64,000 nt of DNA from an uncultured Bacteroidales bacterium (GTDB lineage: Bacteria > Bacteroidota > Bacteroidia > Bacteroidales > VadinHA17): contig CAVTPX010000005.1 of assembly GCA_963736735.1 (NCBI GenBank), positions 159,932 through 223,931 on the forward strand, written 5' to 3'. Shown here piece after piece: positions 52,853-62,057 of this stretch. Below the pieces are notes generated by a model. It did not search any database, was not told the origin of the DNA, and saw only the letters and a program-made list of their open reading frames with translations. The stretch's first letter is position 1. Each line of letters starts with the position of its first letter. The position numbers and the translations under genes were made by a program.

Positions 52853-54898
52853 TTATGTCCTGTTTTTATTCAGTTTTTGTTTTCTTACTATCTCGTCCAA
52901 AAGTTCAATAATATTCTCATTCTTTATAATTAACATACCGATTCTTTCTTTAGATATTCCTTCTTTGAGTTTAAAATCATAAATGGGTTTTTGATCAGAA
53001 AGATCTGATTCAAAACAGTTAAACATTATCGAGTCTTGTTTGTCAAGATTTTCTGCCACTTCAAGTATGTGAGTTGAAATGAAGAAGAAGTTATCCCGAA
53101 TTTTGGCCAGTGCGGAGATAATTGTTAAAGATGCATCAAAAGCATCTTTAACATTTGTCCCCCGGAATAACTCATCAAATATAATCACCAGATTTTTTCT
53201 GGAATTTATTTTAAAAGCGATATCCTTGACTCTTTTAACTTCAGAATAGAAATGACTGTATCCTAAATTAAGATTATCTGTCAGGTTGATTGTTGTGAAC
53301 AGTCCTTCAAATATTGATATTTTAAGTTCCTTCGCCGGAACAGGAAATCCCAGATGAGCAAGGTAGATTTGTAGTCCTATTGTTTTAAGGAAAGTCGATT
53401 TTCCTGACATATTCGGACCAGTAAGAAAGCAAAGGTTTGAGTCAGGGTTAAACATAAAACTATTTGGAATTGGCGCAGAAAGAAACGGATGAAAAGCGTC
53501 AATAACCTCGAACAAAGGTTGGGATCCAGTTCGGTAATCAGGTAAAGTGAATCCCTCAGTCTTCATTATTTTACTTAATGTCTGGAGAACATCAATTCTA
53601 TAGACAATGTTCAATAATTCTCTGAACTGGATTTTGTTGCAAACTCTGAAAATTTGATCCAGTTTATTGATCTGTAAAAAACTTAAATCTTGGGTTTGAT
53701 TCAATACTTTCTTTATTGATTTTGATGATATAAATTTCCTGATGCTCTCAAAATCATCATTCAGTCCGGGATTTGTGGGAAATGTTTTGAACCCGGCTAA
53801 AAACGATTTAAGTGAATTAAGTAATGGAATTATTTCCTTAATCCCTGTTGAAATAGTATAATAGTCCTGATCTGATTTAAGTTTACTTTTCACAAAATTA
53901 AGGATTGCATCAATGATGTTGTCTTTCATCGGGACCCTTTGATTTCTCAAATAATATTCTATTAAATCAAGCTGTTCGGATTTAAGTTCCAGAAACCGGT
54001 TGTTTTCAAAGAAGAAAGCTATCTCGTTTTTACGATTTTGCAGAAATCCGAAATCAGAAACCGGAGTATTAAAAATTTCATGTAGCAATTCTTGTCCGCC
54101 TACTGTGGATGTTCGCTTGTAAAAGGAATATATTGAATGGTCATTTCTTCTGTCAGGGAAGATATCCAGATCTCTGATTGTCTGCTTGTCAACATCAAAT
54201 GGAGCTATGTTGTCCACGGAAAATTCAGTAGTTTCTTTGGCGTCAGGCAAATATCCCCAATCAACCAGATCTTGTTTCTTCTCTACTTTCTTTAGCCCTC
54301 CATCGAATAGTACAAAGTATTTATTTGCAACATCAAGAACCCTTCTGTAATCGTGATCGGTCAGGATAATTCCCTTTTTTAATGACATTTCGAGAATCAT
54401 CTTTTTAATTAAATCAACCTGAAGAGGGGAAATACCGTTAAAGGGTTCATCAAGAAGAACAAACTGAGTATCCAGGTTTAACAATAGTTTGACTTCAAAA
54501 TATCTTGATTCTCCCCCGGATAAATCCTGAATCTTTGTATCTGCAAGTTTTGCAAGAATTTCATCATCAAGAATTCCATTCTGATTGTTTTTACCAAAAT
54601 AAATTTCGACTACCTTTTTTAGAGTTATATTTTTAGGTAAAAAATTATCCTGATTGAGATATGCAATCTTGTTTTTCGCCTTAAAGGGTTGATTAGTTCT
54701 TATATCATTGATCCTGATAAATTTATGGTCAGTATAAAGGGTTCCGAATATTATCTTCAGGAGAGTTGATTTACCTGAACCATTTCTCCCAAACAGCCCG
54801 ATAACATCTCCGGACTGACATTTAAGAAAGATGTCTGTCAGTACCTGTTCATAACCGAATTCTTTTCGGACACTATCTACCTCAAGAAGATTTGACAT
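52853..54898 (-). CDS. Fusion protein: N-terminal ABC-transporter-type ATPase domain + MutS-related region (core/clamp-like + MutS domain V ATPase), no mismatch-binding domain
   Basis: 681 aa. The ABC half has GRNGSGKST (Walker A), LSGGESRYFEVKLLL (signature), VLLDEPFNGISP (Walker B) and LTDHDY (H-loop). The MutS half has FLTGPNMSGKSTFLKTIG (Walker A), IIFDELFRGTNVKDA (Walker B) and FISTHILEV. The locus is ~30% GC in sampled lines. Confidence 0.75.
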   Translation of the reverse strand: MSNLLEVDSVRKEFGYEQVLTDIFLKCQSGDVIGLFGRNGSGKSTLLKIIFGTLYTDHKFIRINDIRTNQPFKAKNKIAYLNQDNFLPKNITLKKVVEIYFGKNNQNGILDDEILAKLADTKIQDLSGGESRYFEVKLLLNLDTQFVLLDEPFNGISPLQVDLIKKMILEMSLKKGIILTDHDYRRVLDVANKYFVLFDGGLKKVEKKQDLVDWGYLPDAKETTEFSVDNIAPFDVDKQTIRDLDIFPDRRNDHSIYSFYKRTSTVGGQELLHEIFNTPVSDFGFLQNRKNEIAFFFENNRFLELKSEQLDLIEYYLRNQRVPMKDNIIDAILNFVKSKLKSDQDYYTISTGIKEIIPLLNSLKSFLAGFKTFPTNPGLNDDFESIRKFISSKSIKKVLNQTQDLSFLQINKLDQIFRVCNKIQFRELLNIVYRIDVLQTLSKIMKTEGFTLPDYRTGSQPLFEVIDAFHPFLSAPIPNSFMFNPDSNLCFLTGPNMSGKSTFLKTIGLQIYLAHLGFPVPAKELKISIFEGLFTTINLTDNLNLGYSHFYSEVKRVKDIAFKINSRKNLVIIFDELFRGTNVKDAFDASLTIISALAKIRDNFFFISTHILEVAENLDKQDSIMFNCFESDLSDQKPIYDFKLKEGISKERIGMLIIKNENIIELLDEIVRKQKLNKNRT

Positions 54899-55242
54899 AA
54901 CACAGGAATGAATAAAATTGGGATAATAAAAATCAGGTGTAACAGGTATGCTGATAAGAGAAGTTTAATTTTACTAATCCCGAGATTGTAGTAGAAATAA
55001 TATTCATTTTTCCTGGTTAGTTCGAAATAGAAAACAGAAATCAGGAATCCGCCTGTCACAAGCCAGAATATGAAACTGTATGTCAACGAATTTATTATGT
55101 TATCTGATTTAAATAATCCATTAAACAGCACAAGGGAGGAGAGCGCCAGGACAATTGAGAATATGATGCTAATCTTTAGAATGGACCTGCTATAGGGCAG
55201 AAATATTCTGGTCATGAATTGATTCGGATTATTTATTAGCAT
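54877..55242 (-). CDS. Small hydrophobic membrane protein (3-4 predicted TM segments) overlapping the ABC::MutS gene start by 22 nt
   Basis: 121 aa with hydrophobic stretches ILKISIIFSIVLALSSLVLF, FIFWLVTGGFLISVFYF and LLLSAYLLHLIFIIPILFIPVL. No family was recognised. The AT-rich context raises the risk that this is a spurious ORF. Confidence 0.5.
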   Translation of the reverse strand: MLINNPNQFMTRIFLPYSRSILKISIIFSIVLALSSLVLFNGLFKSDNIINSLTYSFIFWLVTGGFLISVFYFELTRKNEYYFYYNLGISKIKLLLSAYLLHLIFIIPILFIPVLCQIFLR

Positions 55243-55681
55243 TACTCCAATCTGAAGAAATATTTTTTTGTTCTAATGAATACCCCTTCAGAATGTTTGT
55301 AGATAAAGGTATAAATAAAAAAATCAATCCAGTTTTTCGATTTGAAATCTAGATCTAAGCGGGATGCAAAATATGGTCATTTCCAGAATCGACCCGCCGA
55401 AATTCCGTTGGTAGTAAACAGGAAACCGAAAAGTATTAAACTGAAAACTTCAGGCTGACGGTCAGGAAGAATAGCGAAAAGGCAGTAGCCACAAACGAAA
55501 TTTTGAAAGTTTATGCTGAATCCATTAAGCAAATTAATACTATATCTGCTTATTCATGTCAACAAAGGAAATACGCGTGAAACATTCTTCAATAATTAGA
55601 TGGGGCATGGTCACAAAATCCCGAAAGGGTAAATGCAACGGCAGCAAACGCTTCGGACTAAAACAGATACCTAACCGGGAT

Positions 55682-57031
55682 TCAGAGTACCCGGATCTTA
55701 ATACTTCTGAATGCCACTTCATTACCGTGATCCTGAAGGAGAAGATGTCCTTTTTCAGCCTCCCCGAAACCCGGGTAGATGTTGTATTTGCTGATACCGA
55801 CAAGGGTGCGGAATGCTTCATCACCTCGAGTATATTCGAGGACTTTGAAGCCGTTCATCCAGTGTTCTACATGACCGTTGTTGGAGACAATCCTGGCCGA
55901 ATTCCAGAAGCCGATGCCATTAAAACGCTTGTTGGATGCAGGTATCAGATCGTAGAGTGAGGAGAGAGTCCTGTTGCCGTCACGACCCATTTTTGCATCG
56001 GGATGGCGCTGGTCATCAAGGATCTGATATTCAAGTCCTATTGCCGAACCTGTTGAGGCATAGTCTTCGGTTACGAAGTATTTTACCCCGCTGTTGGCGC
56101 CTTCGGTGATGAGGAATTCAAAACTCAGGTCAAAGTTGCTGTATTCGTCAACTGTAACAATGTCGCCGCCGCCTTTTGATTCTGCACCTCCGGAAGGCAG
56201 TACCTTCATGTAACCGTTTTCAATTACCCAGCCTGAGTCGGGAAAAACCTCTTTGTGCGCTCCCCGCCATCCGGCAGATGAAACTCCGTCAAAAAGCAAC
56301 TTCCATCCGTCACGTTTCTCGGATTCCGAGAGGGTGTTTGGAATGAAATTGGCCTGATAGATTTCAGGAGCACCGGCAATCATATATTTCTCAAGGTTTT
56401 CAGTCACAATCCTTATATTCTTCCACCTTACCTCTGTTCCTGCCAGCTCCTTTGCCACGGCATGCACCTGGAATCCGATGAATCCTGAGGCATCTGCATC
56501 ATCGAGCAGGTCAGCCACCGCAATCCCGTTGATCCATGTCCTGATTCGGCTACCAATGGCTTCGACATGGTATTTGTTCCATCCATATTTGTCGAATGAC
56601 TTTACTGCAGCCTGGTTGTTAGGTGTGACAGGGTAAAGCCACCCGCGTCTTGCTTCGTCATAAATGCCACCGCTCCAGCCCCTGTCAGTGGGGTCTATTT
56701 CAACCTGGTATCCGTGCACCCTTCCGTTATCTACACTCTCAATACTATGGCTCCTGATCTGTACCCCGGAGTTAAGAAGCGTGTCAACCTTAACCTCAAA
56801 TTCAAGAATAAAATCAGAATACTCTTTTTCAGTGCACATGAAACTGTTGGGTGTGTCAGCGGTGGAGATGCCCACCATTTCTCCATTTTCAACTTTGTAC
56901 TGTGCCTGCCCGTTGAGCTGGATAAAACTGGTAAAGTCCTTACCGTTAAACAGTTCCTGCCAGTCGTTTTGTTTGCAGCCGTTGAAGATCAGTGTGCATA
57001 GCAGGGTCAGGGTGATCAGAGTTTTCTTCAT
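55682..57031 (-). CDS. Tandem DUF1080 (3-keto-disaccharide hydrolase-like) lipoprotein
   Basis: 449 aa with a lipoprotein signal (LIFNGCKQ). It has two repeats of the DUF1080 pattern: W..LFNGKD...F..., NSG(V)Q(I/Y)... and GYQVEID / GLEYQILD. Confidence 0.85.
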   Translation of the reverse strand: MKKTLITLTLLCTLIFNGCKQNDWQELFNGKDFTSFIQLNGQAQYKVENGEMVGISTADTPNSFMCTEKEYSDFILEFEVKVDTLLNSGVQIRSHSIESVDNGRVHGYQVEIDPTDRGWSGGIYDEARRGWLYPVTPNNQAAVKSFDKYGWNKYHVEAIGSRIRTWINGIAVADLLDDADASGFIGFQVHAVAKELAGTEVRWKNIRIVTENLEKYMIAGAPEIYQANFIPNTLSESEKRDGWKLLFDGVSSAGWRGAHKEVFPDSGWVIENGYMKVLPSGGAESKGGGDIVTVDEYSNFDLSFEFLITEGANSGVKYFVTEDYASTGSAIGLEYQILDDQRHPDAKMGRDGNRTLSSLYDLIPASNKRFNGIGFWNSARIVSNNGHVEHWMNGFKVLEYTRGDEAFRTLVGISKYNIYPGFGEAEKGHLLLQDHGNEVAFRSIKIRVL

Positions 57032-57049
57032 GAGATATGACTATTGGGT

Positions 57050-58396
57050 TTAGTATTTTGGAAATTGCCACGGGGTATTGTAATACGGTTTGATAAGGTT
57101 GTTGGCGTCATCCTGGAGGAATTTGCCAGCGGCATTATCCCACGCCAGAGGTTTGCCCAGTCTGCATGAGACATTTGCCAGGTGGGTCAGCTTTGCCACT
57201 TTGGCACCTATTGCCACGTCGGCGTTTGGAAGGTTGCGCGTGGTCATGCAGTCGAGGAAGTTGGCGACATGTGCAGCCAGTCCTCCGCCGGCTACTGCCT
57301 GCCCTTCAACAGTCTCACTCTTCTTTTTAAGCGGTACTGCTTCCATGCGCGGGGCAGAGTCAACCTCAGGTCGAACCTCCCAGCCGTTACGGTCGATTAT
57401 GAGAGTACCGTTTTCTCCGATGAAGGCAAGACCGTGTTCGCGGCCATAAGGACCGTCACTCACTCCGCAGGCATGATCCCAGCTAATTGTGAAATCATCA
57501 TAAACATATGAGGCAAGCAGGGTGTCAGGTGTCTCCATGGCATCACCGGGATAGGCGAATTTTCCTCCTGCAGTATAAATTTCTTTCGGCAGGTCGGCCT
57601 TCATTCCCAACAGGGCATAATCAAGCAGATGCACTCCCCAGTCGGACATCAGTCCTCCTGCATAATCCCAGTAGTATCTGAAGTTATAATGGAAGCGGTT
57701 GGGGTTGAACGGGCGGTGTCTGGCGGGGCCGAGCCACATATCATAATCGACGCCGGCAGGAACTGGTCCGTCAGGCTGAACGGGAAGGGTCTTCTTCCAG
57801 ATCATGTATGCCCACACTTTAACTGTTCGTATGCGTCCCAGTTTTCCGGAATGGATGAAGGCCACTGCATCCTGCCAGTGAGGATCGCTGCGCTGCCATT
57901 GTCCTGTCTGTACCACACGTTTATGTTGCCGTGCTGCCCTGACCATCGCGTCACACTCACCTATTGAGTTTGCCAGAGGCTTCTCACAGTAGACATCTTT
58001 GCCTGTTTCCATTGCGCCAATTGCCTGCAGGGCATGCCAGTGATCAGGTGTTGCAACGATTACAGCATCAATATCCTTGCTGTCCATGACCCTGCGCCAG
58101 TCTTTTGTAAGGAGGGGAGGTTTCTTCCCTGTTATCTTCTCAGTATCTGATGCTCTCTTGTTAAGCCATTCGTCGTCTATATCACAAATGGAGGCACACT
58201 CAACCTGCGGAAATTTGAGGAAGGTCTCCAGATCGGACCATCCCATGTTACGTCCGCCGATCAGGGCAACCCTTATCTTATCCGACGGAGCCACCGTTTT
58301 TGTTCCGCTTCCGAATACGCCCGGCATGACTCCGAGTCCGGTCAGACCTGCTGTTGTCAGCATGCTTTTCTTAACAAAGTCTCTTCTGTTGCTCAT
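57050..58396 (-). CDS. Gfo/Idh/MocA-family oxidoreductase with a twin-arginine signal
   Basis: The ATG at 58396 gives MSNRRDFVKKSMLTTAGLTGLG (a TAT-type signal). The Rossmann start is IRVALIGGRNMGW, and the EKP motif is present (VYCEKPLAN). Confidence 0.85.
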   Translation of the reverse strand: MSNRRDFVKKSMLTTAGLTGLGVMPGVFGSGTKTVAPSDKIRVALIGGRNMGWSDLETFLKFPQVECASICDIDDEWLNKRASDTEKITGKKPPLLTKDWRRVMDSKDIDAVIVATPDHWHALQAIGAMETGKDVYCEKPLANSIGECDAMVRAARQHKRVVQTGQWQRSDPHWQDAVAFIHSGKLGRIRTVKVWAYMIWKKTLPVQPDGPVPAGVDYDMWLGPARHRPFNPNRFHYNFRYYWDYAGGLMSDWGVHLLDYALLGMKADLPKEIYTAGGKFAYPGDAMETPDTLLASYVYDDFTISWDHACGVSDGPYGREHGLAFIGENGTLIIDRNGWEVRPEVDSAPRMEAVPLKKKSETVEGQAVAGGGLAAHVANFLDCMTTRNLPNADVAIGAKVAKLTHLANVSCRLGKPLAWDNAAGKFLQDDANNLIKPYYNTPWQFPKY

Positions 58397-58493
58397 GTTT
58401 TTTTCTCTTTTGGGAGGCTGTGTCTTATTGCCTGTTCTCTCCAAAGGTAATAAATCCTAACTTTAGCATCGGGAAAAAATCAATCATTGTCCG

Positions 58494-61154
58494 ATGAAAA
58501 AACTTACTGCAATTTTGGTTTTTGGTTTCGTTGCGCTGCTGAGTCTATCAGCCCAGAAGCCTGCATATCTTAATACTGACCTTTCATTTGAAGAACGTGT
58601 TAATGACCTTGTTGGCCGGATGACCCTCGAGGAAAAGGCGGCACAGCTTCTTTATACTGCTCCTGCCATTCCCAGGCTGGGAGTGCCTGCATACAACTGG
58701 TGGAACGAGGCGCTGCACGGTGTTGCCCGTGCCGGCTATGCCACTGTATTTCCGCAGTCGATAACCATTGCAAACAGCTGGAATGAAGATCTGATGCTCG
58801 ATGTTGCCAATGCCATTTCGGATGAGGCCAGGGCCAAGTATCACGAGTTCATCAGGCGGGGTGATCATGGCATCTATCACGGTCTCACTTTCTGGTCGCC
58901 CAATATCAACATCTTCCGTGACCCGCGGTGGGGCAGAGGACATGAAACATATGGCGAAGACCCGTACCTCACCGGCCGCCTCGGTATGCGTTTTGTCCAG
59001 GGGATGCAGGGTTCAGATCCCAAATACCTTAAGACTGTTGCCACTGCCAAACATTACGCGGTTCACTCAGGTCCCGAACCACTGAGGCATAAATTCAATG
59101 CCCTTGTAAGTGAGCGCGACCTGCGCGAGACATACCTGCCTGCCTTCAGGACACTTGTGAAGGAGGGGGGAGTCTATTCGGTAATGGGTGCCTATAACCA
59201 GTTCCGCGGTCACCCGGCATGCGCCAATGAGGAATTGTACGGCATCCTGAGGAACGAATGGGGATTTGACGGATATATTGTCTCCGATTGCTGGGCTGTC
59301 TCCGACTTTTACAATTTCCAGGGCTATGCCAAAGATGCTGCCGAGGCTGCAGCCCAGGCCGTTAAGGCCGGTACTGACCTCGAGTGCGGAGTCGATTATA
59401 AGCAACTGATGGTTGCGGTCAGCCGGGGACTAATCACCGAAAAGGAGATAGATGTTGCGGTAAAGAGGATTATGACTGCCCGTTTTAAGCTTGGCATGTT
59501 TGATCCCGACTCAATTGTTGAATATGCGCAGATCCCTTATTCGGCAAACTGTTCCGACTATAACCGGTCGCTTGCCAGGCAGGCTGCCAGAGAATCAATT
59601 GTACTCCTGAAAAACGAGAATAACGTTCTTCCACTGAAAGGTGATGTGAAGACAATTGCTGTAATAGGCCCCAATGCTGACAACTGGGAGGCGCTGGTTG
59701 GAAATTATAACGGTATCCCGAAAGATCCTGTAACGGTGCTTGATGGTATCAAAGCCAAGGCTGCTTCGTGCATTGATGTTATATACTCCGAGGGAAGTGA
59801 TCTTGCCCCGGGTGTGCATAATCTATTCCCGGTACCGTCGTGCTATCTTCAGACACCTGACGGGCAGCAGGGAGCTCTCGGAAGTTATTTTGACAACCGG
59901 GAAATGAAGGGTGAGGCTCTGTTTGCAAGGGTTGATGACAATATTGATTTTTACTGGGACAACGACTCACCTCACCGCCTGATGCCGGCAGACAACTTCG
60001 GCATACACTGGGTGACCGATCTTGTTGCGCCTTCAACCGGAACATATTACCTCGGCACCTGGGCCTCATCAGCATATGAATTATTGCTTAACGGGGAAAT
60101 GATAATGTCTTTCAGGGGTGAACACCACGGGTTCCACAAGGAGGTTCCGGTGGAGATGAAGGCAGGAGAAAAATACAGGATAGAACTGAATTACCGCAAT
60201 TACAGCGGTGATGCCGATGTGAAACTTTTATGGGCCACACCGCGTGAGAATATTCTCAGTGAGGCTGTTGCAACGGCATCGAAGGCTGATGTCATTGTTC
60301 TTGCCCTGGGCCTTTCGCAGCGTCTTGAAGGTGAGGAGATGGGAATAAAGATCGACGGTTTTGAAGGAGGTGACCGGACAAGCCTGGCACTTCCGGCAGT
60401 GCAGGAGGAACTTATGGCCGCAATGATCGCCACCGGAAAACCGGTAGTTGTGGTGCTGATGAACGGCGGTCCCGTTTCATCACTGCAGGCACAGGAAAAG
60501 GCTGACGCAGTTCTCCTTGCAGGCTATTCAGGAGTGGAGGGCGGTGATGCGCTTGCCGATGTTCTGTTTGGTGATTATAATCCTGCCGGCAGGCTGCCGG
60601 TGACATATTATGCATCGGTTGATCAGCTGCCACCGTTTGAGGAGTATGATATGAAGGAGCGTACCTACAGGTACTTTACGGGGACTCCGCTTTATCCTTT
60701 CGGGTACGGCCTGAGCTATACTACCTTCAGTTATACTGACATGGTTGTGCCGGAAAAAGTCGTTGCTGGCGAGCCTGTTACGGTCAGTGTTACGGTAACC
60801 AACACAGGTGCCGTTGCCGGCGATGAGGTGGTTCAGCTATACCTGACAGACGAGAAGGCTTCAACGCCAAGACCTCTCAGGCAGCTTGAGGCATTTGAAA
60901 GGGTGACCCTGAAGGCGGGTGAAAGCAGGAAAGTAGAATTCACCCTTAAACCTGACCAATTATCAATTATAAATGATAAGGAGAAGCGTGTAATCGAACC
61001 AGGGTGGTTCACAATCACAGTGGGAGGGAAGCAACCGGGATTCACCGGCGAGATTGATCCTCAGTTCACCCAGACTGATCAGCCGGCGTATACGCCTGAC
61101 AGGCAAGGAAGTTGTGATGCCGGACTAAACAATTGGATCAATTCAGACGTTTAA
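58494..61154 (+). CDS. GH3 beta-glycosidase (beta-glucosidase/xylosidase-like) with an inserted PA14 domain
   Basis: 886 aa with a signal peptide. The GH3 N-terminal region has RMTLEEKAAQLL and VPAYNWWNEALHGVA, plus GYIVSDCWAV (nucleophile-Asp region). The PA14-like stretch reads GALGSYFDNREMKGEALFARVDDNIDFYW...YRIELNYRNYSGDADVKLLW. Confidence 0.9.
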   Translation: MKKLTAILVFGFVALLSLSAQKPAYLNTDLSFEERVNDLVGRMTLEEKAAQLLYTAPAIPRLGVPAYNWWNEALHGVARAGYATVFPQSITIANSWNEDLMLDVANAISDEARAKYHEFIRRGDHGIYHGLTFWSPNINIFRDPRWGRGHETYGEDPYLTGRLGMRFVQGMQGSDPKYLKTVATAKHYAVHSGPEPLRHKFNALVSERDLRETYLPAFRTLVKEGGVYSVMGAYNQFRGHPACANEELYGILRNEWGFDGYIVSDCWAVSDFYNFQGYAKDAAEAAAQAVKAGTDLECGVDYKQLMVAVSRGLITEKEIDVAVKRIMTARFKLGMFDPDSIVEYAQIPYSANCSDYNRSLARQAARESIVLLKNENNVLPLKGDVKTIAVIGPNADNWEALVGNYNGIPKDPVTVLDGIKAKAASCIDVIYSEGSDLAPGVHNLFPVPSCYLQTPDGQQGALGSYFDNREMKGEALFARVDDNIDFYWDNDSPHRLMPADNFGIHWVTDLVAPSTGTYYLGTWASSAYELLLNGEMIMSFRGEHHGFHKEVPVEMKAGEKYRIELNYRNYSGDADVKLLWATPRENILSEAVATASKADVIVLALGLSQRLEGEEMGIKIDGFEGGDRTSLALPAVQEELMAAMIATGKPVVVVLMNGGPVSSLQAQEKADAVLLAGYSGVEGGDALADVLFGDYNPAGRLPVTYYASVDQLPPFEEYDMKERTYRYFTGTPLYPFGYGLSYTTFSYTDMVVPEKVVAGEPVTVSVTVTNTGAVAGDEVVQLYLTDEKASTPRPLRQLEAFERVTLKAGESRKVEFTLKPDQLSIINDKEKRVIEPGWFTITVGGKQPGFTGEIDPQFTQTDQPAYTPDRQGSCDAGLNNWINSDV

Positions 61155-61849
61155 ATCCCGTGACAGCTATAGAGACCAATTTGAAGAAGACCGGGTGGGT
61201 TGTGATACTCACCGCGGTGACTATGGTCGTTGAAATAATTGCCGGATGGCTGACTGGCTCAATGGCACTGCTGGCCGACGGTATTCATATGGGTTCGCAT
61301 GTCCTTGCAATCGGACTGAGCTGGGGGGCATATATTCTGGTCAGAAAACTTTCAGCGGATCCGGATTTTAAGGGCGATAAGGATAAAATACTTACACTGG
61401 CAGGATATACAAGCGGCCTGATGCTCCTTATTTTTGCAGCTATGATAATCGCCGGCGCCGTGGGACGGTTTATCAATCCGAGGGTCATTGAATACAAAGA
61501 AGCAATAATGATCGCATTCATCGGCCTGGGGGTAAATATCCTCAGTGCATTCCTGCTGCACCATGACCACGACGAGAAGGATAACAATATCAGGGCGGCA
61601 TATCTCCATGTACTTGCCGATGCACTCACAAGTGTGGCAGCAATACTCGGTCTGGTCACTGCAATGATCTGGGGGTTGCCCTATGTTGATGCAATTGCTG
61701 CCCTTATCAGCTCGGCGGTGATAATTAAGTGGTCACTGGGGCTGCTGAGAGATTCGGGATGGGAATTGGTGAACGGTGACCAAACCATCAATTGTAGCTG
61801 GCAGAAACCGTATGCTATCATGCTCACGCACTGTCTGGCACCTCGCTAA
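61133..61849 (+). CDS. Cation diffusion facilitator (CzcD/ZitB-like) with six TM segments but no C-terminal cytoplasmic domain
   Basis: The CDF motifs are SMALLADGIHMGSHV (TM2) and AAYLHVLADALTSVAAILG (TM5). The ORF ends ~25 aa after TM6, with the stop inside the first copy of the repeat array. The start is uncertain: TTG at 61133 overlaps the GH3 gene, and the GTG at 61160 is an alternative. Confidence 0.7.
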   Translation: MDQFRRLNPVTAIETNLKKTGWVVILTAVTMVVEIIAGWLTGSMALLADGIHMGSHVLAIGLSWGAYILVRKLSADPDFKGDKDKILTLAGYTSGLMLLIFAAMIIAGAVGRFINPRVIEYKEAIMIAFIGLGVNILSAFLLHHDHDEKDNNIRAAYLHVLADALTSVAAILGLVTAMIWGLPYVDAIAALISSAVIIKWSLGLLRDSGWELVNGDQTINCSWQKPYAIMLTHCLAPR

Positions 61850-62053
61850 AATTGTCCGCCAGTTGGCGGACAATTTCTTAACGCTGCTCCCCACGGGCTG
61901 GCACCTCGCTAAAATTGCCCACCGGGCAATTTCTTAACGCTGCTCCCCACGGGCTGGCACCTCGCTAAAATTGCCCACCGGGCAATTTCTTAACGCTGCT
62001 CCCCACGGGCTGGCACCTCGCTAAAATTGCCCACCGGGCAATTTCTTAACGCT
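61835..62053. repeat. Head-to-tail tandem array (63 + 56 + 56 + ~44 bp) of a hairpin-containing unit
   Basis: The unit is ctggcacctcgctaaaattgcccaccgggcaatttcttaacgctgctccccacggg, with copies starting at 61835, 61898, 61954 and 62010. Copies 2 and 3 are identical. Copy 1 has a longer stem (aaattgtccgcc-agtt-ggcggacaattt) than aaattgccc-acc-gggcaattt. Copy 4 diverges after aacgct. Confidence 0.9.
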
Positions 62054-62057
62054 CCGT

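Noticed and set aside
52853-54898. Annotation as canonical mismatch-repair MutS
   Set aside because: It lacks the N-terminal mismatch-binding and connector domains and is only 681 aa, including an unrelated ABC NBD. Only the domain III/V-like parts are present.
55540-55960. Two overlapping ORFs (55540..55824 minus, 55556..55960 plus) at the 3' end of the DUF1080 gene
   Set aside because: Both overlap the well-supported DUF1080 CDS or its 3' flank, have no recognisable motifs, and have an odd composition.
61835-62053. Possible CRISPR array
   Set aside because: The units are directly contiguous and identical over their whole length, so there are no unique spacers. There are only four copies, and there are no cas genes in the window.
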